Positions 51,901-63,696 are shown, numbered from the whole stretch's first letter. The stretch is 63,696 nucleotides of DNA, filler included, from Choristocarpus tenellus KU-1152 (GCA_964200185.2; 14 parts of 14 records of this genome joined end to end with filler, not necessarily neighbours in it), one strand, 5' to 3'. Made by a program: numbers and translations. Notes: generated by a model not told the origin, from the sequence alone.

Positions 51901-54900
51901 TCTGGGTCAACAGTTGGGAACAATTTGCACAGGTACGTGCAATGTGTGATTGTGACAATGGGCAGGGGGAGGCAGGATTCGTGAGGTACTCTGTGCAGCA
52001 TAATCTGGAACAGACCTAAGAATTGTTGGGCTTTGTTACTCACTTATTACTTCAATTGTCACTTGGAAGTACATTCTTAATACATTCTTAAAACACTCTT
52101 AATACATTCATAATACATTCTTAGTACATTCTTGTGTATTATTCTCACTCCAGACCTACTTGTCAATTCCAAGGGACTGAAAGAATGTCCTGAGCACAAC
52201 CTAATTTGGGTCAAATTGATTCTTTACCTCAGGACGTATGGATAAACCAGTAGTACAAAATACATCAATGTCTAACACGTTCGAAACGTTTTGGTGAGAT
52301 ACACCCATGCTGAAGTACAACAATTGGTAAGTGTAGGTTCTACCAGGTCGGGGTTCTACAGACAACAGTTTTTAATGGCGGCTTATCACTGGTAAGGCAT
52401 ACATAGCATGAGAAAATACCTACAACAGGTACTTGATACCGAGTAATCATGCACTCACAAATTTTCTTTTTACGTTGCTGTCTCAATACAGTATGTACAG
52501 TAGGTAACCCATGCAGGACATGTGATATATGCAGTTTGGATATCTGCTTCAATTATGCTGTTAATTGGTGAGGGGATCACACCTGGTCATTGAATGTGGC
52601 ACAAAGGGAGGCGTAGGAAGAGACCTCCTTGAGCATAGCAGACAAATCTATTGCTTTGCCAATGAACTGGCCACTATTGAGGTGGCGAAAGGGACCCAAG
52701 CCTGATGCAAGGCCAGGGACGAAAAAGAGGTGATGGGCTCATGTCTATGGGGTGGGTGGGGGGAAGGGCAATGATCATTGAGAGGTAATAAATATGATCG
52801 GGGATATTTGAGAACAAACTGGAAAGGCACAGCCCACAGTGACATGCTTTTCCCATGAAGTTTTGACAACTGAATGTAGAGAGAAAGAGAACCTGGCTCC
52901 ATGGTGTTGTGCAGTTCAGCAAAGAGAGTCACCAGGCCTTCATCCGGGTTGCTGTTGGGTTCGGCTGCGAAGACAATAGGGGCATGCATGTCCTCAAATG
53001 CCTGTGTGTGTGGAGAGGACAGTTGCATATTTGAATGGGACACACACATGGAGCCGGGTGCAGAACACACACAGATCATGCGCTGGGTACACTATTGTGC
53101 TTTAACTCTCCACTGGTCATAACATTTCTAGATGCACACTGCATTTACTTGTGATTCATTTTATGTAGTATCAGCGGTTCAAATTATCTGGGGGGGGGGT
53201 GGCGGCTGTCCATTTGGGGTCAATTTTTTCGTGTCGCGATTTTGGTTGATTTGGTTGCATACGGTGGATGGATAATGTAAATGCACTTTTCCTGATTTTG
53301 GTCCAAATTGACACTCTAGTGTAGACCCCCCCCCTCCCCCACAGATACTTTAGGTCAGCAAATTGCATACATAGCTCCACTTACGTTGAAATTATGCAAG
53401 TATTGGGGCGTTGATTTTCTGTCCTAAAGCAATGTGTTCGACTTATGTTCAAAAGGGATCAAAGGCAAGAGGCCTAGTGGTGAATACAAATGAGATTGAA
53501 CTTTTTTTTTCTTAACGAGAGGTACTTGATACCTTGATATAACCCTTAAGGCACGCATGTTGTGCTTGAAGAAAACCTATTGCGGTTTGTTTCCCTATAG
53601 TGTCTGCTGCTCAGGTATGGATAACACACTGGTGTATCATTATCAGAGACAGTCTCGCTTAGTTTTGTTCACAAACAGCTCAGAAATGTAGAGGCCTAGA
53701 GGTTATGTTTCAGGACCATATATAAGTGAAGTGCAAAGTGCATTACTTAACAATGCCTAGAAGAGGTCTATGCCACAGGGACATCTCGCCATGGAGATAT
53801 AGGCCTATGAAATCGTTGCTGCATCCATGCAGACTCTGTGAGGACATTCTTGAATGAAGACCTTAATAGACATACAAGAATTGTTTCCAAATGCCTACTC
53901 TACCCCTAAAATTTCCTCTTTACCTTGGTTAGTTCTGCCAGTGATGGAAAGGCCAGCGCATCATATGCATCGGTGAACAGAACAAGCTGAGATTCTGGAA
54001 GCTTCTCAATGAATGGCAAGAGACATGCAATCTGTACAATAACAAACAAGAAATGGTAAGGGTGGCAAGAGATGTGGCTAAACTCCCTGCCCAATATTTG
54101 CACGATACTTTGTAAATCTCATACTTGAGGCTAGGTTTTCATCATTCACACCCTGTGTATTGCTGCAGTGATCTTTTGAATCAGCAACTACCAACAACCA
54201 CCAGTGAACAGAAGGAAAGCACAGAGGATAACTATTTGTCGTGGCTCTGTGAAATTGAAGTTCATTTTGATGCCACGGTACTCTTTTCCGTAACAAACTG
54301 ACATCATACAACTGTATTTGACATTCAGAACACAACAGACACACCTTTATTGCAAGATCATGGAAGCCCTCCCCAAGACACAAAACTACAACCTCTGCAC
54401 CCTTGCCAGTGGCAATGTCCACTGACGCCAGTAGATGCCCCAGTGTATCTCGGGCTTCAGTGGCTACCTGTCATTGCCCAACCAATAATAGCATATCTGT
54501 GAGGCAATGACTTACAGTCCAGTCCTTCAAAAAGATGCCATTAAAATTGTATTATTGAAGATTTAATAGTGTTTGTTGTTGGAAAAGAAAAACTCCTTCT
54601 AAGGTGATATGCCACCTTAGATTACTGAAGATGCTTGAGGCATTGTATATGTGTATGCAGTGATCATGATGCACTGTGGGGGATTATGTGTCACAATTTT
54701 GGACTATGGAAGCAGTCGGGCCTGGTACTTGAAACCAATTCTAGAACCTCTTGTTGTGAAACAGATCCAACATGTGAAAAGGCAAGGATGCCAAGTTAGA
54801 AGTTAGCACTAGAGCTCTAAATGTAACTCTTCATCCACATTCTACCTCTTCTCAACCTCTGATCATGTTTCCCATGCACACACATTCATTATAAGGCATT

Positions 54901-55552
54901 GTGGTATAAAAACAATCTTACCGTCACAACCAGAAGTTCGCTAGCCTCTGCTCCTGATCCCACACTCGTGGATGTGGGCCAACTCTCAAGTTTATTGCTT
55001 TCTCCTGTGTCCAGTGGCTGATGGCAATCTCTGGCATCCCAATAAGGGTCCTGGTGTGAGTTGATTTCTTCCCATGATTCTGTGTGGCTTATGTCCGACA
55101 TATTCCTGTCCAGTCTCCCAAGGTTTATCACTTTCTTGTAGACTACAGTGGCCTCATCAACCCGCCCCGCATTAGTGAGGGCTTGAGCAAGGGCATACAT
55201 GGAAATATTTTGCCAGTCCTAAGAAATTCATCACAGAAAACAGAATTTGTTATATTTTTATAGCACAGGCAAGGGTGGGAAATAGACTGAAGGCAGAACT
55301 CAATATGGACCAAATTGCAAGCAATGTCTATGAAGAACCAAAGAAGTTTCAGTATCAAGAGGGTATTGATTCCAGAATTTGAGTGGTCTTTGCAAATATT
55401 ATTCTGATTCATTGCATTCCTTTTTGTATGTTGCACACCTTGTCTCTTTCATCTTCAGCGAATGTGCTGAGAGTGTCTATCAGGAATCCAAGATGTGATT
55501 GGTTCATTAGTCCAAGAATATTCTTGCCAAGTACTGATGAGCCCATGAAAAC
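48927..55552 (-). CDS. PLOD/LH3-type glycosyltransferase domain flanked by TPR-like repeats (at least 11 exons, 5' end incomplete)
   Basis: Exons 55552-55439, 55218-54922, 54467-54345, 54031-53924, 53001-52893, 52701-52583, 51901-51863, 51255-51158, 50390-50293, 49856-49672 and 49055-48927 all join in phase. Motifs LLVVTVATE, VLFTDAYD, IVFAAE...PD, FRHLNSGQFIG, NDQRAFTRFYL, RLD...LF, TPAIGHGNG..GK occur in PLOD GT-domain order. TPR-like segments YALAQALTNAGRVDEATVVYKKVI and YLELGKLRVRLKRFALAVEAFHKALDCHP. Confidence 0.88.
52070..52133. repeat. 11-bp minisatellite (TACATTCTTAA) x~6
   Basis: Tandem near-identical units in an intron. Confidence 0.9.
53176..53356 (+). mobile_element. MITE-B, complete, 181 bp, intronic
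   Basis: TIRs present; flanks AGC/AGC. Confidence 0.92.
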
Positions 55553-55879
55553 CTGTTTCACACAGCATCATTTACATGACAGAAAGCAAAATGAGCGACT
55601 AACAGAAAATACAAGAGAAAGAGGGTGTTCTGGGTCTGCTTACTCACGTAGAGTATCAACAGACAGTTAGCTCCAATCTCAAAGGATAGTTAGCTCCAGA
55701 CTGGATATGCAGTAGCTTGACCCACCCCCGTAACCATCTTACCCTTGAGTACATGCGGTAGTGATAACACGAGCGGTCCNNNNNNNNNNNNNNNNNNNNN
55801 NNNNNNNNNNNNNNNNNNNNNNNTTAATTAATTAANNNNNNNNNNNNNNNNNNNNNNNNNNNNNNNNNNNNNNNNNNNN

Positions 55880-57804
55880 CCATATTCCCTCCTGGTAGGC
55901 GACCTCATGGAGGGCGAGGTAAGTTGAGTGCTTTGGGGAGGTACATAGATGGGAAAGTGCAATGCAAAGAGTCAACGAACTGCAGGGTGTGAAGTAAGTA
56001 GCCTATTGACCAAAATGGCTCCATCATTCTTTAATATATTGCTTCGCACTAGGGCTTCTTTCAAACCTTGTTGAATAATCAAAAGGAGGGGAAACCACTG
56101 GAACTGCTACAGAATATCCTTGACAAGCTCATGGGGATGACGGTTTTTATATGCGATGCTTCGAAGTGTACTGAGTAGACAAATGTAAAGGCTAGACCAT
56201 ATTGACAGGTCATTAAATTGTTCGTTGTCTACAGTAGTAAAGAAATTCAATTTGGTCAGTTTGAATGAAAATGTACAACTTACTACTGCACATTCTTGTC
56301 AACGCTATGAATATCCCTTGCATTCTTGACTTGACTCATTCGTAACAATCTATGGACACTCTGTACCTCTTACTCATATGACAACACTTCTCGAGGTAAT
56401 GGGCCATACAGACTTCCAAACAAAGGTCATTTGTTATGAGGAACTTCATATATTTTTTCATGTGTAATTCTGTTTGAAACTCCGAGTTTGGGATATTCCA
56501 TTGATCCCCTAATCATTGACTTCCAACTGCAATCCCTTCATCCAGCTTCAAGATAAGTAAATTGTGCCAAAAAGTAGAAAAACTTGCAGGCATGTCATAT
56601 TCTCCCCACCCGGATCCCATATCTAACATCCAATGGTCTAGACATACTACTTCCGGGTGGCTGCCCTTGGAGATGTGGATGCCCAGCAGGTCAGTCCCAC
56701 TGGTGAACCTCCTGACAACACTAACTGGTCCGGGACCCTGGAGACTGTGCCAGCTGACCAACCTCCGAGCTCCCCAGGGCCAGTGTCACTTCAGGTCTTT
56801 GATGGGTCAAGCCTACAGGTGAACACATAATGCTTTGGGAATTTAGGAAACCCTCTTACTCCGTGTATGATTTGATGCAGCTGTTGTACAGGAAAGTGTT
56901 TAGACTGAGACTAAACTGGGTGCCTGGGAAGGCAACCTTCAAAAACCCTCTGCATTTCAGCGTCCCTCGTAAGCAAATGCACCAATCAAGTATGATATGT
57001 GATCAAGCTGGTCGTTTTAATATACTCCTATGTGTATGATGCTCTAAGTGCTCAGCTTGATCGGAAATGTTGGAACGGAGGTTCTCAAGACCTTACCCTC
57101 CTCAGGTACGCTTTGATGCACCAAGTGAGACGGGTGGGAGCAACATCACATCCTTCCTGATAGATGTGGATACAGTTTCCACATTCACCTCATCTAGCCT
57201 CTCTACAGTTACTGTTGATGCTTCAAAGGTATGTTCACCCACACAAGTAGGAATAGGGTAGAGATGCCAAGTCTATACTTGCCATTTCTACAGATATGAC
57301 CATATCCCCTTCAGACATGGCCCTGTGTTACTCTACTTATGTCTTCACTAGAAGATGAACATGGAAAACACCACAGATATTATCATTTTCTGTTGTTAGC
57401 CTTCACAATTCAATTTGATATATTGTGTACCAAATCTGTGTTTCTCACTCACTGCAATATTCCCATACCGATGAGAAATTACGAAAGCCTAATAACAAGC
57501 ATGCTAGAGGTCTACAGTCTGGGTATTCTAAAATACTTGATCAAACCACAAACACGTTCTCCCCCACGTCATCCTTAAGATTGGAAGTTTGTACTACGGA
57601 GGAGAGCTTGTCTACAGATTGACAAACCTTACTGCAGGGGTCATGTACTACATTCAAGTGTCTGCAGTGTCTACAGTGGGAATATCTGATGCCACAGAGG
57701 CATCCAACCACCCAATGGCCCCCACCCAACGACCTGGTGCACCCAACAGCATTTCCACCAAGGCAGTCATTGCCTTATCAACAGAACTAAACAATGAAGT
57801 TGAG
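55880..57804 (+). CDS. Fibronectin type III repeat protein, four internal exons
   Basis: Exons 55880-55918, 56642-56818, 57106-57228 and 57580-57804, all phase 0: YSLLVGDLMEGE|TYYFRVAA...PPSSPGPVSLQVFDGSSLQ|VRFDAPSETGGSNITSFLIDVD...|...YRLTNLTAGVMYYIQVSAVSTVGIS...PGAP, which fits the FN3 consensus. Confidence 0.9.
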
Positions 57805-58445
57805 GTAAGTCACTAACAAATATTCACTGCGTCGTACCGAGCAGGAGGACATCCCAGACTATGTCGTAATATTGATCTTACACATATATCTACAAACGGC
57901 ATTGTAATTGGATTAGAATACGATCCAAATCGATCTTCTTTTCAGGCGGGTCTTTGATCCAGAATTGCCCTACCTTGTGGTTAAGACGACCTATGATGTA
58001 CCTTGGCAGAGGACAATTTTTGACTTGGCGTAAATGTGTATGCATTAGAGTTATAGGAGGTGTGTGGTCTTAGTCCTGCAGACAAACATACTCGGACCCA
58101 GACAGGTGCAGGATACCATGTGAGATTTGTAATGTCCACATGGATAACCAGAGAATAATACTATCACTCAATCGCATGTGTTACATCATACTTGAACGGA
58201 TAATCCAACACCAGGCCCCAACAATATTTGATACATTGGTACAACTAAACTGGAATAAATTGAACATATAACTGGCACATGACTGCTCTACCTATTGTTA
58301 TTTTTGTCCATATGTGATATGTGTAGTGTATAGGCAGAACTATCTATGAACACATTTTTTATTCCTTTAGTTTTTGAATGCAATGAAATGTTTGCATTTT
58401 TCAGAAGGAATCATCTTATAGGTCATTGACAAGGCATTGTTGCAC

Positions 58446-58601
58446 GGGTGTCTTGCAAAAAAGAAAAGTACCAGTGGGAGGATCTACCACTAATCTAGTA
58501 AGAGGATATTCTGAGTTATACAAGGGTGTCTTGCAAAAAAGCAAAGTGTCAGTTGGAGGATTTACCACTAATCTAGTAAGAGGATATTCTGAGTAGTACA
58601 A
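58446..58601. repeat. 78-bp tandem duplication
   Basis: Units 58446-58523 and 58524-58601 differ by a few substitutions. Confidence 0.92.
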
Positions 58602-60463
58602 GTGTGGTCAATTATCCTAGTGATTGCATTTGATCAGAGTGATTCATGAGAGAAGCAAGATGGTATGTGCTTAATAGTAGAAGTAGACTAAAAGCTCTTG
58701 TAGGGTCAAAGTATCTGGGGGNNNNNNNNNNNNNNNNNNNNNNNNNNNNNNNNNNNNNNNNNNNNTTAATTAATTAANNNNNNNNNNNNNNNNNNNNNNN
58801 NNNNNNNNNNNNNNNNNNNNNGGGGGGGCTGATTTCGTTATGTGTCCCAAACCCAAACGCTCCCAAGAATGAATGACCTTTGTACCTCAAAGTGACTCTC
58901 TGGTCGATGTAAGTGTATTTACCTACCACCACCATTACCTCCAGGGATACATTGACATGTTGAGAGCAGTTTGTTGACAACATTGTTATGAACAGAACAT
59001 GGCAACAAGTGTGTACTCAGGTCTGAAGGTGTAGCACCACGCTGAGACCACACTACAATCTCTTGAGTGCTGAATTGTTGGCTACGGAATGACTTGGAGG
59101 GCTCTGGAGCTGTTGCTCGGGCCGACTCGCTAGGGTCTCTTTTTCTAGAGATTTGGGGGGAAGAGATTTTTAAAAAGTGTCATCTCGGGTTTTACTTTCA
59201 TATATATATATATATATATTAGTGCATATCTCTGTGATTATGTTGGTTCTCGAATTGGATGATACCAAAAATACTTTCCAACACCCCCTGTGATGTCATA
59301 TGACCGACAATATCCCCATCATGAGTTCTCGTGGTCAGGATTAGGGTTAGGGAAGACAGAAAAAGACACGTGTGTGTCTGTGTGTCTGTGTGTGTGTCTG
59401 TGTGTGTGTCTGTGTTTTCAATTAAAATAATATCTCCTGTCTTCACAACCTCGATTCAAATCGCTTGTACAGATAGTGAATTTAGTGAATTAGTGGATAG
59501 TTAATTTAACACGGCCTAGTGATGGCTAGGCTCACCACCTTGAGCAAAGATGTATATATATGTATGTGTGTGTGTGTGTGTGTTTATTTGCACAACAGTT
59601 TGTTGAGGGCAGGTATTGGAATCGTTTTTATTATTATTAATATTCCGTGTCTGCAAAACAGAACAGTATCTTCTTACTGCAAAAGATTTGATGTTCGGTG
59701 TCCGTGAGTCTCAGTTTTTTATTTATCAACATTCAGAAGTCACTTGTTGCAAGTAGGAGGGATGGAACAGTCTCAGACTCTAATGTAATTGGTGCTCTAA
59801 ATAACACATCACCATTTTAGAGAGTGTGACAGATGGTGACAGTTCGCTAATACCCCTCAAGAGTGTTTTTTTTAACAGCTGTGATGATCGATGGGCGCAC
59901 CCCCCCCCCCCCCCCCCCCAAATTTCCTTGGTGGGGGGGGGGGGAAAAAAAATTTTTGAAAGTTTTTAATTTTTGTTTGATTTNNNNNNNNNNTTTTTTT
60001 AAAAGCTGGGATTGTGGATGGGCGCACCCCCCCCCCCCCCCAAGAAATTTCCTTGGTAGTGGAGGGATGAAATCATATTGTAGACAGTTTATAATTTGTG
60101 TCAATATTTCCTACTGAGTATTGTTTTCGCCTGTCACAATATATATAAGGTTACCAAGCATAGCCCCAAAAATATCTTTGGGTCAAGTGATTTTGAGTTC
60201 GAATTGGGAGATTTGCACCAATCGGTTGTTGAGGATTTTTGGTAGATAGGTATGGCATTATTTATGTATATCGATGGTGGTATGTACGCAATAGTACATA
60301 CCGTTGTTTGTTTTCTTGACGCTGAAAATTTCGTATGTGCTCGGTACTCTGGTATCAACTGCCTTGTATGGAAGGCTTTTTTCTCTGTCTCTGTTTTGGG
60401 TTATATATTTGGAGGGTTGTAGTTGATGGGTTGCTGGCATTGACATGCCACAACAGGCCGTAC

Positions 60464-60899
60464 CTACTCTTCAGAGTGAAACCTGATGGTGGCCGCCCCC
60501 CATTCTCATTCGTCTCGTGGGAGGGTATCGTTTTAGTGAGTGTACACATTGTCACTATTGTTGTGGATTGTGTTAAGGCGGTGACCTCCCCCGCGTGAAT
60601 CTAGGGAGGGGTTTCAAACCCGTTCGACGCCATGCTTTTTTTTTTCATGAAAATATGGTTTCAATTATGCTATTTGTTTGTCCACATGGGCAAGCACAAC
60701 AGAATGTACACCTACCTGCCTGTACTACATTCCTGTCTTTGGCTATACCGCCGTAACGCCTTACCAAGATTGAGGTGGATACTTCGAACCAGGGTCTGTT
60801 AGGAGATCCAACGGAGGAGACGGAGTGTTGAGCAGTGGGAGTGATGAACCCAACGCTTGAAAAGCAAGCCAGGAACACAGAGCCAGCACAATTGATCAT
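60464..60899 (-). CDS. Possible 5' exons of a gene with a signal/bipartite presequence
   Basis: MINCAGSVFLACFSSVG-FITPTAQ... with a GTAAGG donor near 60764 and an open exon 60600-60464. Frame and downstream exons (for example about 59144-58939) are ambiguous. Confidence 0.3.
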
Positions 60900-61316
60900 A
60901 GCGGACAACAGTTAGTCCAGTTTGTATTTATTATTATGAGAATTAGTTTGTATTAGGGCCTCTGACCACAGGTCGGGATCATCCCCAGACTAATGTGAAG
61001 TAAAATATGAATATGAAATACAATCCCGTGAGTAGGAGCTGGTATGTAGACCACATACTGAGACCAAGTGGGACCTTGCACTGAGATTTAAGCAGTACCT
61101 TATGCCAATCAACACCCCCTTGAGACGCCCAATGTGTGTGACATCATATGCCTTCTTTTTTTTATCTGGAGATGATCTTGACCCTCGATATGAGCCGCTA
61201 AACTATATCCAAAGCTCGAGTTGATGCCCGTTGGCAGTACTCGTTCAACGTTCTTGTGATGGTTTCGTAGATAAAGATTTGATTCGACACCCTATTGGTT
61301 TTTTGTGAAAACCTCA

Positions 61317-61384
61317 TACCAATACAATAACAATACAGTACCAATACAATAATAATACAATAACAATACAATACAATACAATAC
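61317..61384. repeat. (CAATA)n degenerate microsatellite
   Basis: Pentamer array. Confidence 0.85.
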
Positions 61385-61539
61385 CCGTGAATAACTAACC
61401 CAAATAATTACAATGGTCCAGGTGTGGGTACTTCGTTTTTTTTCAAGCGCATTTTCGGTTCTTCTTGTGACTCCTCCTCCTCCTCCATCTTTTTCGCGTT
61501 TGATCTCTTCCCCACCTCTATCCAGATTTTTCTGCAATT

Positions 61540-61661
61540 ACCATGTGGACCATAGAAGTTAAATTTTCCTGTGGAAAATAATCTTGTCTAACTAACCAAG
61601 ACTTGAACTTGGGTATCCTTGTAGTATAGCACAGGTGTTTAACCATCTGGGCCAGGTGGGC
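61540..61661 (-). mobile_element. tRNA-derived SINE-like head (degenerate)
   Basis: The minus strand reads GCCCACCTGGCCCAGATGGTTAAACACC...CCAAGTTCAAGTCTTGG: A-box-like and B-box-like motifs at tRNA spacing, with no intact cloverleaf. Confidence 0.4.
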
Positions 61662-62149
61662 AGGATAATGTCATGTACATAACTTAACCTCTCGTCCACA
61701 TTGATAAAATCCAATACGCACTTAATTGAACTTCACACTTCATGAAGGTATGTTCCTTAACCTATACAGAACTCAACATCCACCTCTGATCCAAAACTAC
61801 AATACCAATCAACTTTCACCTTCAACCCCTCCAACCTACTTGATTGATTTTTTTTCTGTTGGTGTCTGATTTGATGACCCCCTTAGAGGTGGAATACCCA
61901 CTTCTGTCATGGGTAACTATCTATAGTTGTTTTTTGTTTAAGCTGTACTTATATTCGTACAGTACAGCTGTACAGTCTGCTGAGCTTGCTACATGGAATA
62001 GCATCAATAGATCCATGTTTCGGAGAAAAGAAGTGTGGGTTTAAGTTGTTTGAACCTGCAAGATTAATGGTTATTATCATTACGTCATAGTATTAATTTG
62101 AGGGATTCAAGACCCCATGGTCGGTAAGGCAGTCAGATTAACGGAATAT

Positions 62150-62673
62150 ACTCTGGCTCCAGCCAAGCAAGAGAGAACGCGAGATGTGAGACTCGAGCCG
62201 ATCACCAAATAGAATTGGCTCTCCCTGTTGCGTTGTTGGCGGATGAGGAGGGGGATGTGACTGGGGTTGTAGACATTGAGGATGAAACTAAGTCACACAA
62301 TTGGCAAAGGCAAAGGGGGAGGAATGCGTTTGCCAGTTTGAATCGACAAGCACTTTGTCAAGCCGAAGGCACTGGTCAATCTGGTGGAGACGATGCACGT
62401 GTGTGCCTTGATGACATAAGGTGAGGCTTGAAGGAGTTACTAGTCATCATGGAGGCTTTTGCAAACCTCGACCTTAGCCATCTACCGTATGTATCCAGTG
62501 TTGAGGGTCATGGTTCCACCGTCTCTGGTGTGCTGGTTGATGAGAAACCCAAGGGTTGGGAGGATGAGGATATGATGGAACAAGCAACTCAAGCAGGACC
62601 TCGGAAAAGTGAAGATGAGAATAACCAGGCAGTGTTTCAGAGATACGATAATATATGGTATGATACAATATGA
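62150..62673 (+). pseudogene. Coding-like remnant with one in-frame stop, unknown origin
   Basis: ORFs 62215-62424 and 62428-62673 are in the same frame, separated by one TGA. Acidic composition; no family recognised. Confidence 0.35.
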
Positions 62674-63696
62674 TATAATATAACATGATGAAAATTCCCC
62701 CTTGTGTTAGAGATGGAATTGGGTGTGCCGGGTGAGCAGTATTATTGCTATTCGCCGATGACCACTTGCCTTGCACATACTTTGAACTTGCTGCAGATCA
62801 ATCATTCACGCAGGGACTAGGAAATCGGTAAGCTTACCACGGATATTTCGGAATAGAAGCAGAGCTTATCGGACACAAGCGATGATGAGGTGCCGAAAGA
62901 GAGTGTGGAGGGTGGGTGTGTCGCTGGACCCACCACACAAGCAGGAACAACAGGTGGTGCTGAAGGCTATGCTGAAAGCAATCATGAAGCACAATCAATG
63001 GTCGTTATGGGGAAGTGTAGCTTCCTGCATGTTTCAATCCTTGGTTGAGGAAGGTTCAAGGTGCAGATGGGTCAGTTCGACCATTCAGGCGGTTCTCATT
63101 GGTTCCCTGACTATTGATGCAAGGAGTATGGAAATGTCTTTTGTTCCTGAGACAACGAGGACTTTGAGCCGCAGCTTATTGGGAGTGGATGAGGCATCAT
63201 AATACAGCTGGGGGCATTCTTTGATAGCGTCCTTCAAACCTGCCTTGTCCGGTTCAAATACACCTAGCTCAAGGTCTTTACTGTCCCAGGAACAAGAGAC
63301 ATACCCATACTCTTTACATACATATCTATGGAAACGCTGAGTACTACCTAAATAGTTGTACTGACTGACCTCCGCCAAGGATAGTTAAGCCTTCAAGAGG
63401 TTGAGATGGGTTGGTACTGCAAAATGTATGATAGACCACCGCTCACATCACAGACAAACCTGAGGTGTAGTTGAAAACTCGCAACTATTTTGAACTATGT
63501 GCAGTACAAATCTCGCCCCTAACATTCTGTTTTTTACTCCGGCCATCTTGCAAGGCTGAAATTTAGTAGTTTTTTAATAGTACTTTTTTGTTCGATGTGG
63601 ATAGAATCACCAATCTCCAAGAACGTATCAAGCTCATGGAGGATGTTTTTTTTTTTGCAATATTGCGTTCCATATATCATATTGATTTTTATTATT

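Noticed and set aside
25522-53380. Family of similar short ORFs (for example LGSVNILVPDTPFH and QEKCTYIIHP peptides)
   Set aside because: They are translations of non-coding MITE-A and MITE-B copies.
46249-58601. The ~99-bp and 78-bp tandem units as ankyrin or other protein repeats
   Set aside because: Translations contain stops and lack repeat-family consensus residues.
7411-58821. Recurrent palindrome TTAATTAATTAA as a biological repeat or CRISPR-like array
   Set aside because: Always centred in an exact 100-bp N spacer; it is a concatenation linker.
59860-60070. Duplicated GATGGGCGCACCCCC...AAATTTCCTTGGT around a 10-N gap
   Set aside because: Homopolymer-inflated overlapping contig ends; most likely an assembly artefact.

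Overview
This window is eukaryotic genomic DNA, not prokaryotic. It consists of 14 contigs joined by an artificial 100-bp spacer (44 N + TTAATTAATTAA + 44 N), so adjacency across spacers carries no biological information. Intron-rich genes, TTAGGG repeats and a plastid ClpP with a bipartite (signal peptide + Phe-initiated transit peptide) presequence point to a photosynthetic stramenopile, probably brown-alga-like (inference). I spliced partial gene models by hand: an HTATIP2/TIP30-like SDR, CDC5L, an AFG3/m-AAA-like N-terminus, plastid ClpP, a B-box+WW protein, a GT8-like glycosyltransferase, a TPR-flanked PLOD-type glycosyltransferase, a fibronectin-III repeat protein and several unknown exons. 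Product calls rest on remembered family motifs, not database searches. Non-coding DNA is dominated by three MITE families sharing GRSYCAAAGTA termini (one repeatedly nested in another, with an odd 3/4-bp TSD pattern). There is also a decayed CRE/R2-type non-LTR reverse transcriptase, a mariner-like transposase remnant, and many short interstitial telomeric tracts. Two of those tracts show insertion signatures inside MITE ends, suggesting telomerase-assisted break repair.
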